This document shows positions 38,801 through 50,114 of a stretch of 64,000 nucleotides of DNA, piece after piece. The notes under the pieces were generated by a model that saw only the letters and a list, made by a program, of their open reading frames with translations, had not been told where the DNA came from and searched no databases. The position numbers were made by a program, and so were the translations under genes. Numbering within the stretch: the first letter of the stretch is position 1; each line of letters starts with the position of its first letter. The DNA lies in assembly GCA_015680685.1 (NCBI GenBank), contig MNCI01002119.1:62001-126000 (forward strand). The letters run 5' to 3'. The DNA is from Gnetum montanum (lineage: Eukaryota > Plantae > Gnetophyta).

Positions 38801-41756
38801 TAGAGGAGATGCCAAGTTTCAACATGATTCTAGGTAGGCCTTGGCTAGCTCAACTACGTGCCATCTCCTCTCCCATCGACCAGGAAATCCACCTTCCATA
38901 CGAAGGTGGTTAAGTTATCATCCATGGTGATAATGCTTCCTCTTTGACTACCCACAACATAGACATGGAAAAATTTTTAGAAGAAGAGTTTCTTGGTAGT
39001 ACACCTATAACAACCAATGCAGCACCTTAGGATAACACACTTGGGTGAGTGGTTGAAGCCAACAGCCTCCCAGAGGATCCCAAGCCTTGCACACTCCCTA
39101 ATCCATGCCTGGTTAGGAAGAAACTACATGACCAAGACCTTCCCTTGGCCAAAAATGTGCTAAATGCTTGCCTACCCTTTGCCTCCACTGCCCATGCATT
39201 TTTGACTTTCATTTACATAGCACTAGCCTACGCATTTACATTTTCCCTACTTACTTAGATCAGGCATTTCATTTTTTTCACATATTTTTTTACTTTGTTT
39301 ATGCATCCATCCATTTAGCTTACACATTACATCTGAAAACATAAAAAATATAAAACATAAAACTACAAAAACACATGGCCCAAAAAGGCCTTAAACTAGC
39401 CTATGGCCCGGAATGGCCTAAAACTATCACTTTTCTACATTGCTTTCCTTTCATTCATACATTTTAACTTTGTTTACAATAGATGTTGCTTGATGCTATT
39501 TTCTTTTTAGTTGATCTTTGTAGGATTTTGTAGACACACAGCATAACAACACATGTAGCATTGCACCTTGTATTAGCAAGGTAAGCACCAGTCCACTATG
39601 ACTATAAACTGGCATAGATAGTCCGCTATAACTATAAATTGGCATAGCTCATCCTTGGGTCATGAAGTTAAACTACCACAACATCCATTGTCTACTACGA
39701 CATTAAAATAGCATCCAACAATCTTCTAGGACTATAAACTAGCACATCACAATTTGCCAGGAGCTTAAACTAGGTTGACAGTCTACTAGGACTTTAAACT
39801 GGCATGTAGCTGATCTGATCAGAACACTTACCATTGCCTTCGGAGCACTCATAGCATCGTTGCCTCCCACCATTCTGGTGAATATTTTGGAGCACTTTCC
39901 ATTAGTGCAGCATTTAGAACACTTCTAGCATCATTTCCCTAGCACCTTCACTAGTTTCCTGAGCACTTGCAACTAGCATAGAATTTGACACTTTCATAGC
40001 ATCTTCGCATCTAGCACTTGTAGCATCTTCACATCTGGAATTTGCACTTGCATTTCATGTTTTATGGTTTTCTTGTCCTCTTTGAGTTTTGTTTGCAGGA
40101 CAAAGCCTTGGATATGGTCATGCAAAGGTACATTTCATCGTAGCAGCAAGTTATCATGTTGCTTTGATGTGCATAACTGGACTAGTTGAGCCACTGAAGA
40201 GTGCACATCCCCCTCATCCCTATTATAGCCTATGAAAATCCATTCATTCATCCAAATATCCTCTCATACTCCCCACACTTATGATTTCACACTCCTCTGA
40301 TGCATATGCACTGTGACACACATGGAATCCTCTTCATATCAACCGTTGAACCCATGGTTGATGTAAACCAATTCATCCTGTGGGGCACCTCTGTTGCATA
40401 GTCAAAGCCTAGGTGGATGTAACATCAATCATCCTTGGGAAACAAATCCCATATTCTTGATGGCCAACTTGTAGCTAACATTCAGTAGTAAGCTAAACCC
40501 AAAAAAGGTTCGCCTCACAAAAAAAAAAGCAACAATGCTACAACTTCACAATTGGCCCATCCTTGGATGAACTTTGACGCTCTCATAAACACTCCAAAAA
40601 GAGGTCAACATTTCAAGGGCAAGCTACTTCATACCATGGTCACTATCAACCATTCTAAATTTTCATCTTACATCACAATCCACTGTTTGCATTTCATTCC
40701 CACAATTTAAATTCCTTCTCCCCTAACATTGCCTTATTCCCATAACACTCTTAAGCATGGTAAGACGAAATTCGATTTTGTCCTGACAAATGACATTGGT
40801 GACATATCTACTATGGTGTTTTATAATTCTTTGTCAATGTCTTTCAAGCCACTCCTCTAGATGTTAACAAAGAGGGGCCATTGTAACATCACATCATAAA
40901 ATTTTGGGTCTTGACATCACAACTTCAAATACGGCTAAGTGTTACGTGCTGTTATGTGCTGCTACTGCATAGTGTAGCGTAGCATAGCACCTTGCTATGC
41001 TATGTAGCATAGCAACTTGCTACTGCATAGCGTAGCAACTTGCTACTGCGTAGCATAGCGTAGCACCTTGCTACCACCTTGCTACTGCGTAGCATAGCAC
41101 CTTGCTACTGCCTTGCTACTGTGTAGCATAGCACTTTGCTACTGCCTTGCTACTATGTAGTGTAGAAACTTGCTACTACGTAGCATAGCACCTTGCTACT
41201 ACATAGCATAGCATAGCATAGCACCCTGTTACATGGTGTTATGCTATGCTACATGTTTTTATGTGCTATTACATGTTGCCACCCACCACATTGCCACATG
41301 GTGCCAGATCTGCATTTTTGGTTAACCCTAGCCCTATAAATACCTCAGCATCCTATTTAAAAAAGGAGAGGAGGAAAAAAGGGGAAAGACTTCAATTTAT
41401 TCACCAGAAAAAAGTAGTTGGCATTTTCATTTTGGCATTTGGCATTTTAGCATTTTGGCACTTAGCTTCCTGGGCAAACGAGACCTAGAGCACACCACAC
41501 TAATAGAGAGGCACAACTACATCACATGGTATACTGTGACCATCAACCCAGGAGGCATAGTTTATCACAATGAGCATCAGATTTCACAGCCTAACATCAT
41601 TGAGGCTGTGATTCGGCTCCTACTGTGCCTATTGTACACTTTGTATACCTGTACCTCTTTTTCCAAGGTGATGCATCTTTCTATTCAAACTCTCTTTTTG
41701 GATGATTATAGCATTTATTTGGCATTATTAAGCATTAAATCATGTTCATTGTCCCA

Positions 41757-44615
41757 CGTGTTAGAGAGAGAAAATATGGCTAAGTGTTGGAGAGAGAAAA
41801 TACAGCTAAGTGTGGAACAGCGTACAAAGGAGTTTTAGCGTATAAAAATGTACTGCAACATATGAACACCAAGAGCAGTGTACAAGGAGTTTCAAGAGGT
41901 GCAGCATATAATTAATGTGCACAGCGTATAAGGTAGGGTGAGAAGTAGTGTGACCAACGTCAATGTGACCAACGTCAGCATGTGTAAACTAGGTTTAGCT
42001 TCTAAAGCTAAGGCATAGCATCTGGACGCTGGATGGGGCACCTGGGTGAGAAAACTAAGTGCTAGACATAGTGTCTAAGAAGAAAACTTAGATCTAGACA
42101 TTGTGAATAGCATCAAAAAAGAGAGATAAGGATGAGGGACATTGTAAACAATGTCTGAAACTGGTAGAGAGTGTAGGACACTGAGGGTAGCATTTGGATC
42201 TGAGAAGGAAAGGTGCAGGATGTTGTGATTCAAGTAGGAACGTTTCTGGAAAACTCTGAAACAATGTCTAGACTAGATAATAGGATTTATGAGTAGGAAA
42301 CAGTGCCTGAATGCTGGGAACAAGGAAGTGTAGGAATGGTGACAATCACAGTAGCGTGTCGATGCTGGATCTGGGATGCTAAGAGGTAGATCTGACAAAG
42401 AAAGGGCCCTCCTTCTGGCGCCATTTTACTGTACCATCCGAAATCATCGGCGAGAGGCTAGAATGAATGGACACTGAGAGATCTATGGAAAAAATAGTAA
42501 GATCATTCCTTCACCTAAGGGCAAGCTAGAAATTAATGGAGATAGACTACCTTGAATGATCCGCACGTGGATCAAATGAGGACTTCCCCAAATGTATACA
42601 ATCGCGATACGTTGGGTTATATGTAAACAAATGCAATAACTGAACGTAAAAAAATCAAAACAAATGTAAAATGTTTAAATAACAAAAATAAGAAAAATGT
42701 GAATAGGAAAAATAATGTAAACTATAAGAATCTGAGAAATAATGTAAACTATTTGTATTGATAAGAATTATAATGTGCACTAGTCAAAATGCAGTTGCGG
42801 TTTGGTCACAAGGCAGACATTTAGCCCCGATGGATGAGAACAGATGTTGGGAGGATGCAGGTTTTGGATTGTAGGTGTACAACATCCAGTTTTTGTGAAG
42901 CCCAACATATGAGATTGATGCCCAGATTTCCTAAGTGTGTCAGATTCAAATTTTCTAAACCTGATCTAGTGGAAAAATAGGAGATATATAGGGTTTTGTA
43001 TGTGAGATTCAGATTTGGGAGAAGATTAGTGGTTGCGAGGTGAGGAAAATTTAGATCGGGTGACAGGTGTGTGCGTTGACCAGAAGCATGAAATGTTACA
43101 ATGTACAGCACAAAATCAAAGATCTCTTATGTTGGCTTGCATAATGCCTAGCGTAAGAACTTGAAACACTGAAAAAAATGTTAAAAATGCCACAAATGTT
43201 AATGTACAAGCGTGGATCTGGGTTTCTGGCCTTCGGATCTGTAGTTTTATGCTATTTTTATGCTGCCAAAGGCTTCAATATGTGTGGATATGGCTCTAAT
43301 ATGTCTGCACCCTATTCTGGCATTAGCATCTGGCATCTAGCATCTGACATCCAGCATATGGAAATTTTTACACTGGGTTTTATGCTGGTGGAAGCATGCC
43401 AGCGTGACTAACAGCATATGACCTGAAAATAGTGAATTTTAAACCTATTTTTGACCTATGACACCCATTTTTAGAGTGGATCTACATGCCATGGGTCATG
43501 AGGGTCTGTGTGCCAAATTTGGGCTGATTTGGATGTCGTTTTGGACCTATTTTGGTTGATTACGCTGGGCATTATGCTGTGCAGTTCCTGAAGAACTAAG
43601 CCCAGCGTCACCAAGTGTTTCTGCCCTTTTTTCAGCTCATTTTTATACTCTGATGCCTTTTTTATGTTTCTTGACTATTACTTACTCTCTGGGTGGACTG
43701 GGTGCAAATTTTAACTCTGTTTGGTTTTTGTTTCAAGCCTGTTTAGTTTGGTCACGTTGTGCTTACATTGTGCAACGTGACCAAAGTGTGGCCCCAGCAT
43801 GACCATGCTTAAATGAAATTTTTGAAGCCCAAATCTTGATTTTCTAAAGCCTGTGAACATGTACAATTATTTACTATCCCTTGAGAGTCCAATTCATGTC
43901 AAAATTCTTCCTGGAGGTGCCTAAATTAAGCTGTTCTTGTTTGGTCATGTTGTGCAGTGTCTGAAAAAGTAACCATAGTGTCATGAAGTCAAAATGACAT
44001 ATTTGAGGCTCACATTTTGAGTTTTTGAATCTTATGAATAAGTACAAGTGTTGTTGGTCCCTGTGGATTACTCTGGTGTCAAAGATGCTTCCTAAAACTA
44101 CTTGTTTTGCCCTGTTTTTGCTTGGTTACATTGTGCTTACGCTCTATAGTGTCTGAAAAAGTAACCCCAGCGTCACCAACTAAAAATACCTTATTTAAGA
44201 CCCAAATTTTGATTTTTTGGAGGCTGGGAGTTGCTAGGGACCTTGGTGAAGGTCATGGGGGGTCCTTGTACCCAATTTCAGCCTATTTTGACTCAGTTCC
44301 AGGGCTCCAAAAGTTGGTGATGCTGATCCTTACGCTGTGCAGCGTAAGCCAACTTGACCAAAGTGTACTTAGCCGAAATCAAGTATTTTGAGCCCAAAAT
44401 GTATGATTATGGATGCCAGAAGTTGATGCAGCCCCCTATGGACCCCGAGGGAACCTTTCTTGTTGAATTTTGAAGCATTGTGGGCTGTTTTGGAGGGCTC
44501 CAGGTTTGGTCATGCTGTATTCATGCTTGGGTAGCTACATGACTTAGCTTGAATCTTGTCTGAAAGTGCTAGGCCAAAATTTTGTGGTGTTTTTAGTCTA
44601 TTTTCCCAACACTTG
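41757..44615 (-). mobile_element. Tat/Ogre-like element E, 5' fragment: long LTR ending 42430, PBS 42423-42407, leader
   Basis: Minus strand ...ggtaCA gtaaaa TGGCGCCAGAAGGAGGG (tRNA-Asn type PBS); TATA-like ccctatatat near 42985. LTR start not resolved. Confidence 0.7.
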
Positions 44616-44619
44616 TTAC

Positions 44620-45320
44620 TGAGGGTCCATTGGGCCAACCCTTGGTCCCAAGGATTCTTTTGGAAAAAATTTGGTCCCTAGGGTCCATTTTGCCTATAGT
44701 TGATCCTAAGGATCCTTTTGGCCAACATTTGGTTCTAAGGGTTTGTTAGGTCAACCCTTAGTGCCAAGCATTCATTTGATAAATAGTTACTCCTAAGTAT
44801 CTGTTGGGCCAACCCTTGCTCCCAAGGGTTTTCTTGGACAAGGGTTTGTTTACCTATAGTTGGTCCTGAGTGTCTATTGGGCCAACCCTTTCTCCCAAGG
44901 GTTTGTTTGGTCCTAAGGTCTTGTTTGGCAAATAGTTGGTCCCAAGGGTTTTTTTGATAAATAGTTGGTCCCAAGGGTCCATTTTTCTAACCTAGGCTCT
45001 ACCATACCATCCTACACCCTTATAAATTTGGTCCCAAGTGTCCATGTGGCCAACACTTTGTCCATAGGGTCTATTGGATCAACCCTTGGTCCTAAGGATC
45101 TATTGGGTCAACCTTTGGTCTCAAGGATTTGTTTGGCCAATGCTTGGTCCCAAAGGATCTATTTGGCCAATTCTTGGTCCCAAGGATCTATCAGGGCAAC
45201 CCTTTAGTCCCAAGTATCCATTTATCCTATAGTTGGTCTAGAGTGTTAGCTTGGCCAACACTTGGTCCCAAGGGTTAGTTTGGATATAAACACTTAGGTC
45301 TTGGTTGGACCAATGGGCCA
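44620..45320. repeat. Degenerate ~30-bp tandem array (ggccaacccttggtcccaaggg), probably rDNA IGS subrepeats
   Basis: About 20 or more copies, beginning ~420 bp downstream of the 25S 3' end and beyond a pyrimidine-rich tract on the rRNA strand. Confidence 0.7.
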
Positions 45321-45741
45321 ATGCTCAAGAGTTTCATTGAGTCAATCATGGCCAGAAGCATTAACCTCATGATCATCAAGATTGTTTGCATGTGATGGCA
45401 TCCATCGATTATGGTCTCCACTTCATGTAACCTCATAGGTAAGGGGGGTTCCCTGTTTGCAATGTGAATAAATAAATTCACCATGAGGGGGGGTGAGGTT
45501 TCAATTGCACAATCAAATATTTAGATTCTAAGGCTACCACCCAAGATTTTACTTGAAAGAAGGGGACTATTTGCCTAGGAACGGGAACACACCCATCTCT
45601 CAAAATAAATGCATGACCCCTATCCACTACCCCCCGCAAGATGCTGATTTTGATGGATGGAATGTGGCCAAGAATCTATGAAGTAAAGGCAAAAGAAGGC
45701 CTGAAGAAGAGGAATAGGGAAGATAGAGAAGAGGTGATGAT

Positions 45742-48700
45742 CATGAATCTCAATGATAAAGGGCTAAATCTCAATGATAAAGGGCTGAATCACAATGGAT
45801 TGTGGCAGCAAGGCCACTTTGCCACTTACAATACCCCATTGTGTATTTAAGTTGTCTACAAAGGATTCTTCTCACAGACCACTTGAAATGGAACTACATG
45901 GCCCCCAATGCCTTGCCATGTAGGTACAACCAGGGGGTACCATTGACACATGCCAATAAGAGCAACAAAGCTATCCCTATCATAGGTCACGCAGCAACCA
46001 ATAAGGAAAGAGGCACCACCTCTAGCATGGATTTTGATTTAGAGGTGTTTGGTCATAATTCAACACATGGTAGCTTCATGTCCCTATCTTTTTAACCAAA
46101 CATGGTGACCAATTATGTGAATGAATGGTTCCTTTGATACTAAGTTGAATTACTATCATGACGTGCATCATCAGTAGGGTAAAACTAACCTATCTCATAA
46201 TGGTCTAAACCTAGCTCATGTTCCCTATTGGTGGGTGAACATTCCAACACTTGGGTAAATTCTACTTCATAATGATAGGAAGAGTTAACATTGAAGGATC
46301 AAAAAGAAACATCACTATGAATTCTTGGCAACCACAAGCCAGTTATCCTTGTGATAACTTTTTTAACACGTCTAGCGTCAAATTCTAAAGATGTAAAGGA
46401 TCAATAGGCCATGCTTTCATGGTTTGTATTCATACTATAAATAAAAATTAAATGAGCTTTTAACCTTCTATTCCACATGAGATTTCTATTCTCATTGAGC
46501 TCATCTTAGGACACATATGTTATTTTTTAACAAATGTGTCACCCCAACCAAACTCGCCACATGACTCTATCTTCTACGCAGATCGACACATTGAGGTGCA
46601 TCTTGGATCCAAAAGCAAGGGCCATGCCCCATTCTTAACCAACAAATTAAGTAAAATAACCATTCAAATTAGTGGTATTTTTTTTTGTGTGTTGTGAGCA
46701 ACTCCCACTTATTTTTCACCTCTTAAGTTATTTCACAAATTTAGACTAGAGTTAATCTCAATAGGGTCTTCTTTCCCCATTGATTCTACCAAGCTTATTG
46801 TATTGGTTGTGGTTTCACTAGATAGTAAGTAGGTATAGTGGGAATCTCATTAATCCATTCATGCATGTGACTAATTAGATGATGAGGCATTTAGCTACCT
46901 TAAGAGAGTCATAGTTACTCCTGTTGTTTCTGCTTACTTGGTTGAATTTCTTCACTTTGACATTCAAAGCACTAGGCAGAAATCACATTGCATGAGCATC
47001 CATAGGGATCATTGCAATGCTTTGTTTTAATTAAACAGTTGGATTCCCTTTTTCTGAGCTAGTTTTGAGCTGGTTGTTTGTTACCTACGTAAAGCCCCTC
47101 CTCATGGAGGGGGGAGGGCACTCTATGTCAATTGCCTAGCTAGCACATCAGTGCTTACCATTGCCATGAAAGTAGCTTAGGTCCAACCCTAAGAGCTAGT
47201 ACTTTTTCTAAAGTTACGAATCCATTTTTCTAAGTTCCCTTACCTACATTATTCTATGGACCAGAGGCTATTCACCTTGGAAACTTGATGTGGTTATGAG
47301 TATGACCAAGCATGAATGATACTTGGTTCTCTAAATTTTTAGGGGCTACCAAGGATGCATCAGACATCGCAAGACATGTGGTGATCTTCTAGCTATTGGA
47401 CCCTATCTCTGGTTGAGCTGATTTTCAGTGTGAGTAGGCTATTAAAAAGAAAAGATAAATCTTCCAATGGCCCTCATTAGTGTTTCTAGATTTCCTAACA
47501 TTTCCATCCACCACCATGTCCTAGTTTAAGAATATTAACCAAATTCCCTTTGAAGATCTTATGTAGAGTGCACCCATTGGAAGGGGCTCCCCCATCTCTT
47601 AGTATTGACTAACCCATATCTAAGTGTTGTTCATATGGAACCTTTCTCCATGTCAGTCGTCAAAGTTCTCATTTAAATATTTTCTGCTATCACCAAGATT
47701 TGCACTAGAGGACACTCCACCTGAGCTCATGTCCTAGGCTTCACAATGACCCGCATGCCCTCCTACTCATTAGGGCTTGGTTCTTGCCCTAATGGCTAAG
47801 TGTAGGTCATGCACTTAAGTGCCATCCATTTTTGGGGCTAGTTGATTTGGCAAGTGAATTATTACACACTCCTTAGCAGATTTTGGCTTCCATGAGCACC
47901 ATCTTGCTATCTTAATCAAGCAACACCCTTTGTTTATTTTGAATTAGTGCACAATTAGGTACCATAGCTCAACTTTCGGTTGAGCCTGCATCACTAGCTT
48001 TGCTTACCAAAAATGGCCCTTTTGAAGCTCTCAATTAATTGATGTGGCTCACCAAGGAAACTACGTCATCTTACCTATTTAAAGTTTGAGAATATTTTGA
48101 GGTTGTTAAGCCTCCGATGCCTCTAATCATTTGCTTTACCTAATAAAACATGAGAATACGAGCTCTAGATATCTTGAGAAAAATTACAGAGGGAACCAAC
48201 TACTAGATTGTTCAATTTGTCGTTTGCCCATACACCCAAGTCAAACAAATGTTTGCACATCAATATCATGATGAGCCTCCACTAGAGTTTCCTCTAGCTT
48301 CATCCTACTCAAGCATAGCTCACCATATTTTTGGTGCTAATAGTTATGCTCTCACTCAAATCATTTTCAACAAGATCAAGGTTGTGGATGGTGCTCCATG
48401 CTTGCATAGGGATACCACCTTTCAACTTCCTTGCGCTATGTGGCTTTCCAAACCTGACAACTCACATGCATGTTAGACTCCTTGGTCCATGTTTCAAGAC
48501 AGGTCAAATGAAAAGCCCACAAAATCTACATCTCGAGTGTGTAGGAATCACAAGACCTACCCCTTGAAGGGGTGCATGCTTGGACCCTTGGCCATCATAG
48601 CAATAGCATGCACGTAGCCAGCTATGCATGCTTGTGCCGCAAAGATGATCCATGTGGACTCACCTCCTAGACTAAGTAGTGGACCAATGCATACATGATC

Positions 48701-48863
48701 CACTCCACATTTAGTTGGGAAGCAACATTGGCCTCCATATACTTTTCTATTGTTAATTTCAAGCACTTTCTAACTCTTATTTCAAAGTCCTTTTCATCTT
48801 TCCTTCACAATACTTGTTCACTATTGGTTTATCACATGTATTTAGCCTTGGACAGAATTTACC
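45742..48863 (-). pseudogene. 25S rRNA: 25S/26S rRNA pseudogene lacking the first ~300 nt
   Basis: Reverse complement of conserved LSU blocks throughout, e.g. catcagtagggtaaaactaacc, gatgaggcatttagctaccttaagagagtcatagttactc, ccttggtccatgtttcaagac and tttcaaagtccttttcatctttcc, with the 3' end gataaagggctgaatc. Pervasive C>T and G>A changes. Confidence 0.96.
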
Positions 48864-50114
48864 ATGGGATGAGTTGTGTTACGTCCATCATGGGTTCTGA
48901 AGCTGACTATGGTAAAGGTTGCATATGTATTGGGGAAGCTTACAAGGAATGAGGGATATTGCAAGATTAAAAGGTATAGGTTAGGTTGGTTGAGGGGATA
49001 TTAGGGACATGCACTCTCAAGTAGCTAAGCGAGCTAAAGTGGACACATCAGAACAATGTAGTGTCTTACTATTGTGGTGAAATGCATCCTTGAATGGCAT
49101 CACCTAGGCTTCATCCTGTAAATGCAATACAAAGAAAATAAGAAAAAACAACCACATGAGATGAGGGTGAATTCCTATCTGCCTAGGACATTGTGAAGGC
49201 TACAAGTGTTGCATTAGGTGCATGAAGTGTCTAAAGGAAGAAAGCTAGTGCATGCATCAACGGTGGTAGGCTGGAAAGCTCTAGCAACCACACTAGAAGT
49301 AAGCACTCAAGAGGCTAAGAGCAAAGGTGATGCAGGTGCTTAGGAGTTCTCGCCAAAGGTAGGAGCTAGGAAATTTAGCTATAGGATGACGAGCCATGTT
49401 GCTAAATGCTCTTCCAGACTTTCACAATGGCAAGGACTAGAGTATAGTAGGGTTGTGGCTAGGCCATAGTACTTTTGGAACTCTAGCAAGAGTTTCTAAC
49501 GATGAGAGCTACAACCAAGATGATTGGCAGTGGTGATGGTAGCTCCAAAAGGTCAGCAAGATTCCAAATGACATCTTTAGAAGATTAGTAAGATTCTTGG
49601 GACAACAACATTGCAAATGTCCAAGAGGATTTTTCCTTGATGATGTGAAATTAATTTTCAAACTACAGTGCCCCACCCCATCCTACCCAAGAGGCATGGG
49701 TAGGCAATAGAAGATTAGAAGTATTTTATTTTTCTTGTTCATAGGATCATGTATGTTGGATTGTAGATGGTGAATTGAAAACCTAGTTTTAGGTCTTGGT
49801 AGATTGTTGGCTATGCTAGTTTAAGGTCCCAGTAGACCACGATCCTAGTTTAAGTTTCGGGCAAATTGCGATGTCCTAGTAGACTGGTATGCTAGTTTAA
49901 CATCGTAGTAGATAGTGGTTGGCCAATTTAAGGTCATAGCGGACTATGTTGTGGGTGCCAGTTTAATGTCATAGCCTAATGAAATTTTGTGCCAGTTTAA
50001 CATCATAGTGGATGGTCTATGCTAGTTTAATATCATAGCAAATGTTCTATGCCAATTTAACATCATAGCAGACATTCTGCTTACCTTACTTTATTGTTGA
50101 TGTGATATTGCATG

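Larger units (their letters stand above)
34430..41756 (+). mobile_element. Non-autonomous Tat/Ogre-like element C with gag-protease only: 5' LTR ~34430-35399, PBS ~35405-35422, PPT ~40868-40880, truncated 3' LTR 40882-41756
   Basis: Direct repeat between 34436-35193 and 40898-41756; PBS tagcgctagaaggaggg (tRNA-Asn type); gag-PR 35838-39111 (KYNGEGDPNAHL, ALDWY, FNMILGRPW); no RT, RNase H or integrase motifs before PPT aaagaggggc|TGTAAC. Confidence 0.88.

Noticed and set aside
48249-48952. ORFs overlapping the rDNA relic
   Set aside because: Chance frames within the 25S pseudogene.
49660-49690. PPT-like tract plus TGTAG as the 3' LTR start of F (likewise at 34372)
   Set aside because: Sequence beyond it (48870-49120) matches the internal 3' region of C (40090-40385), not an LTR.
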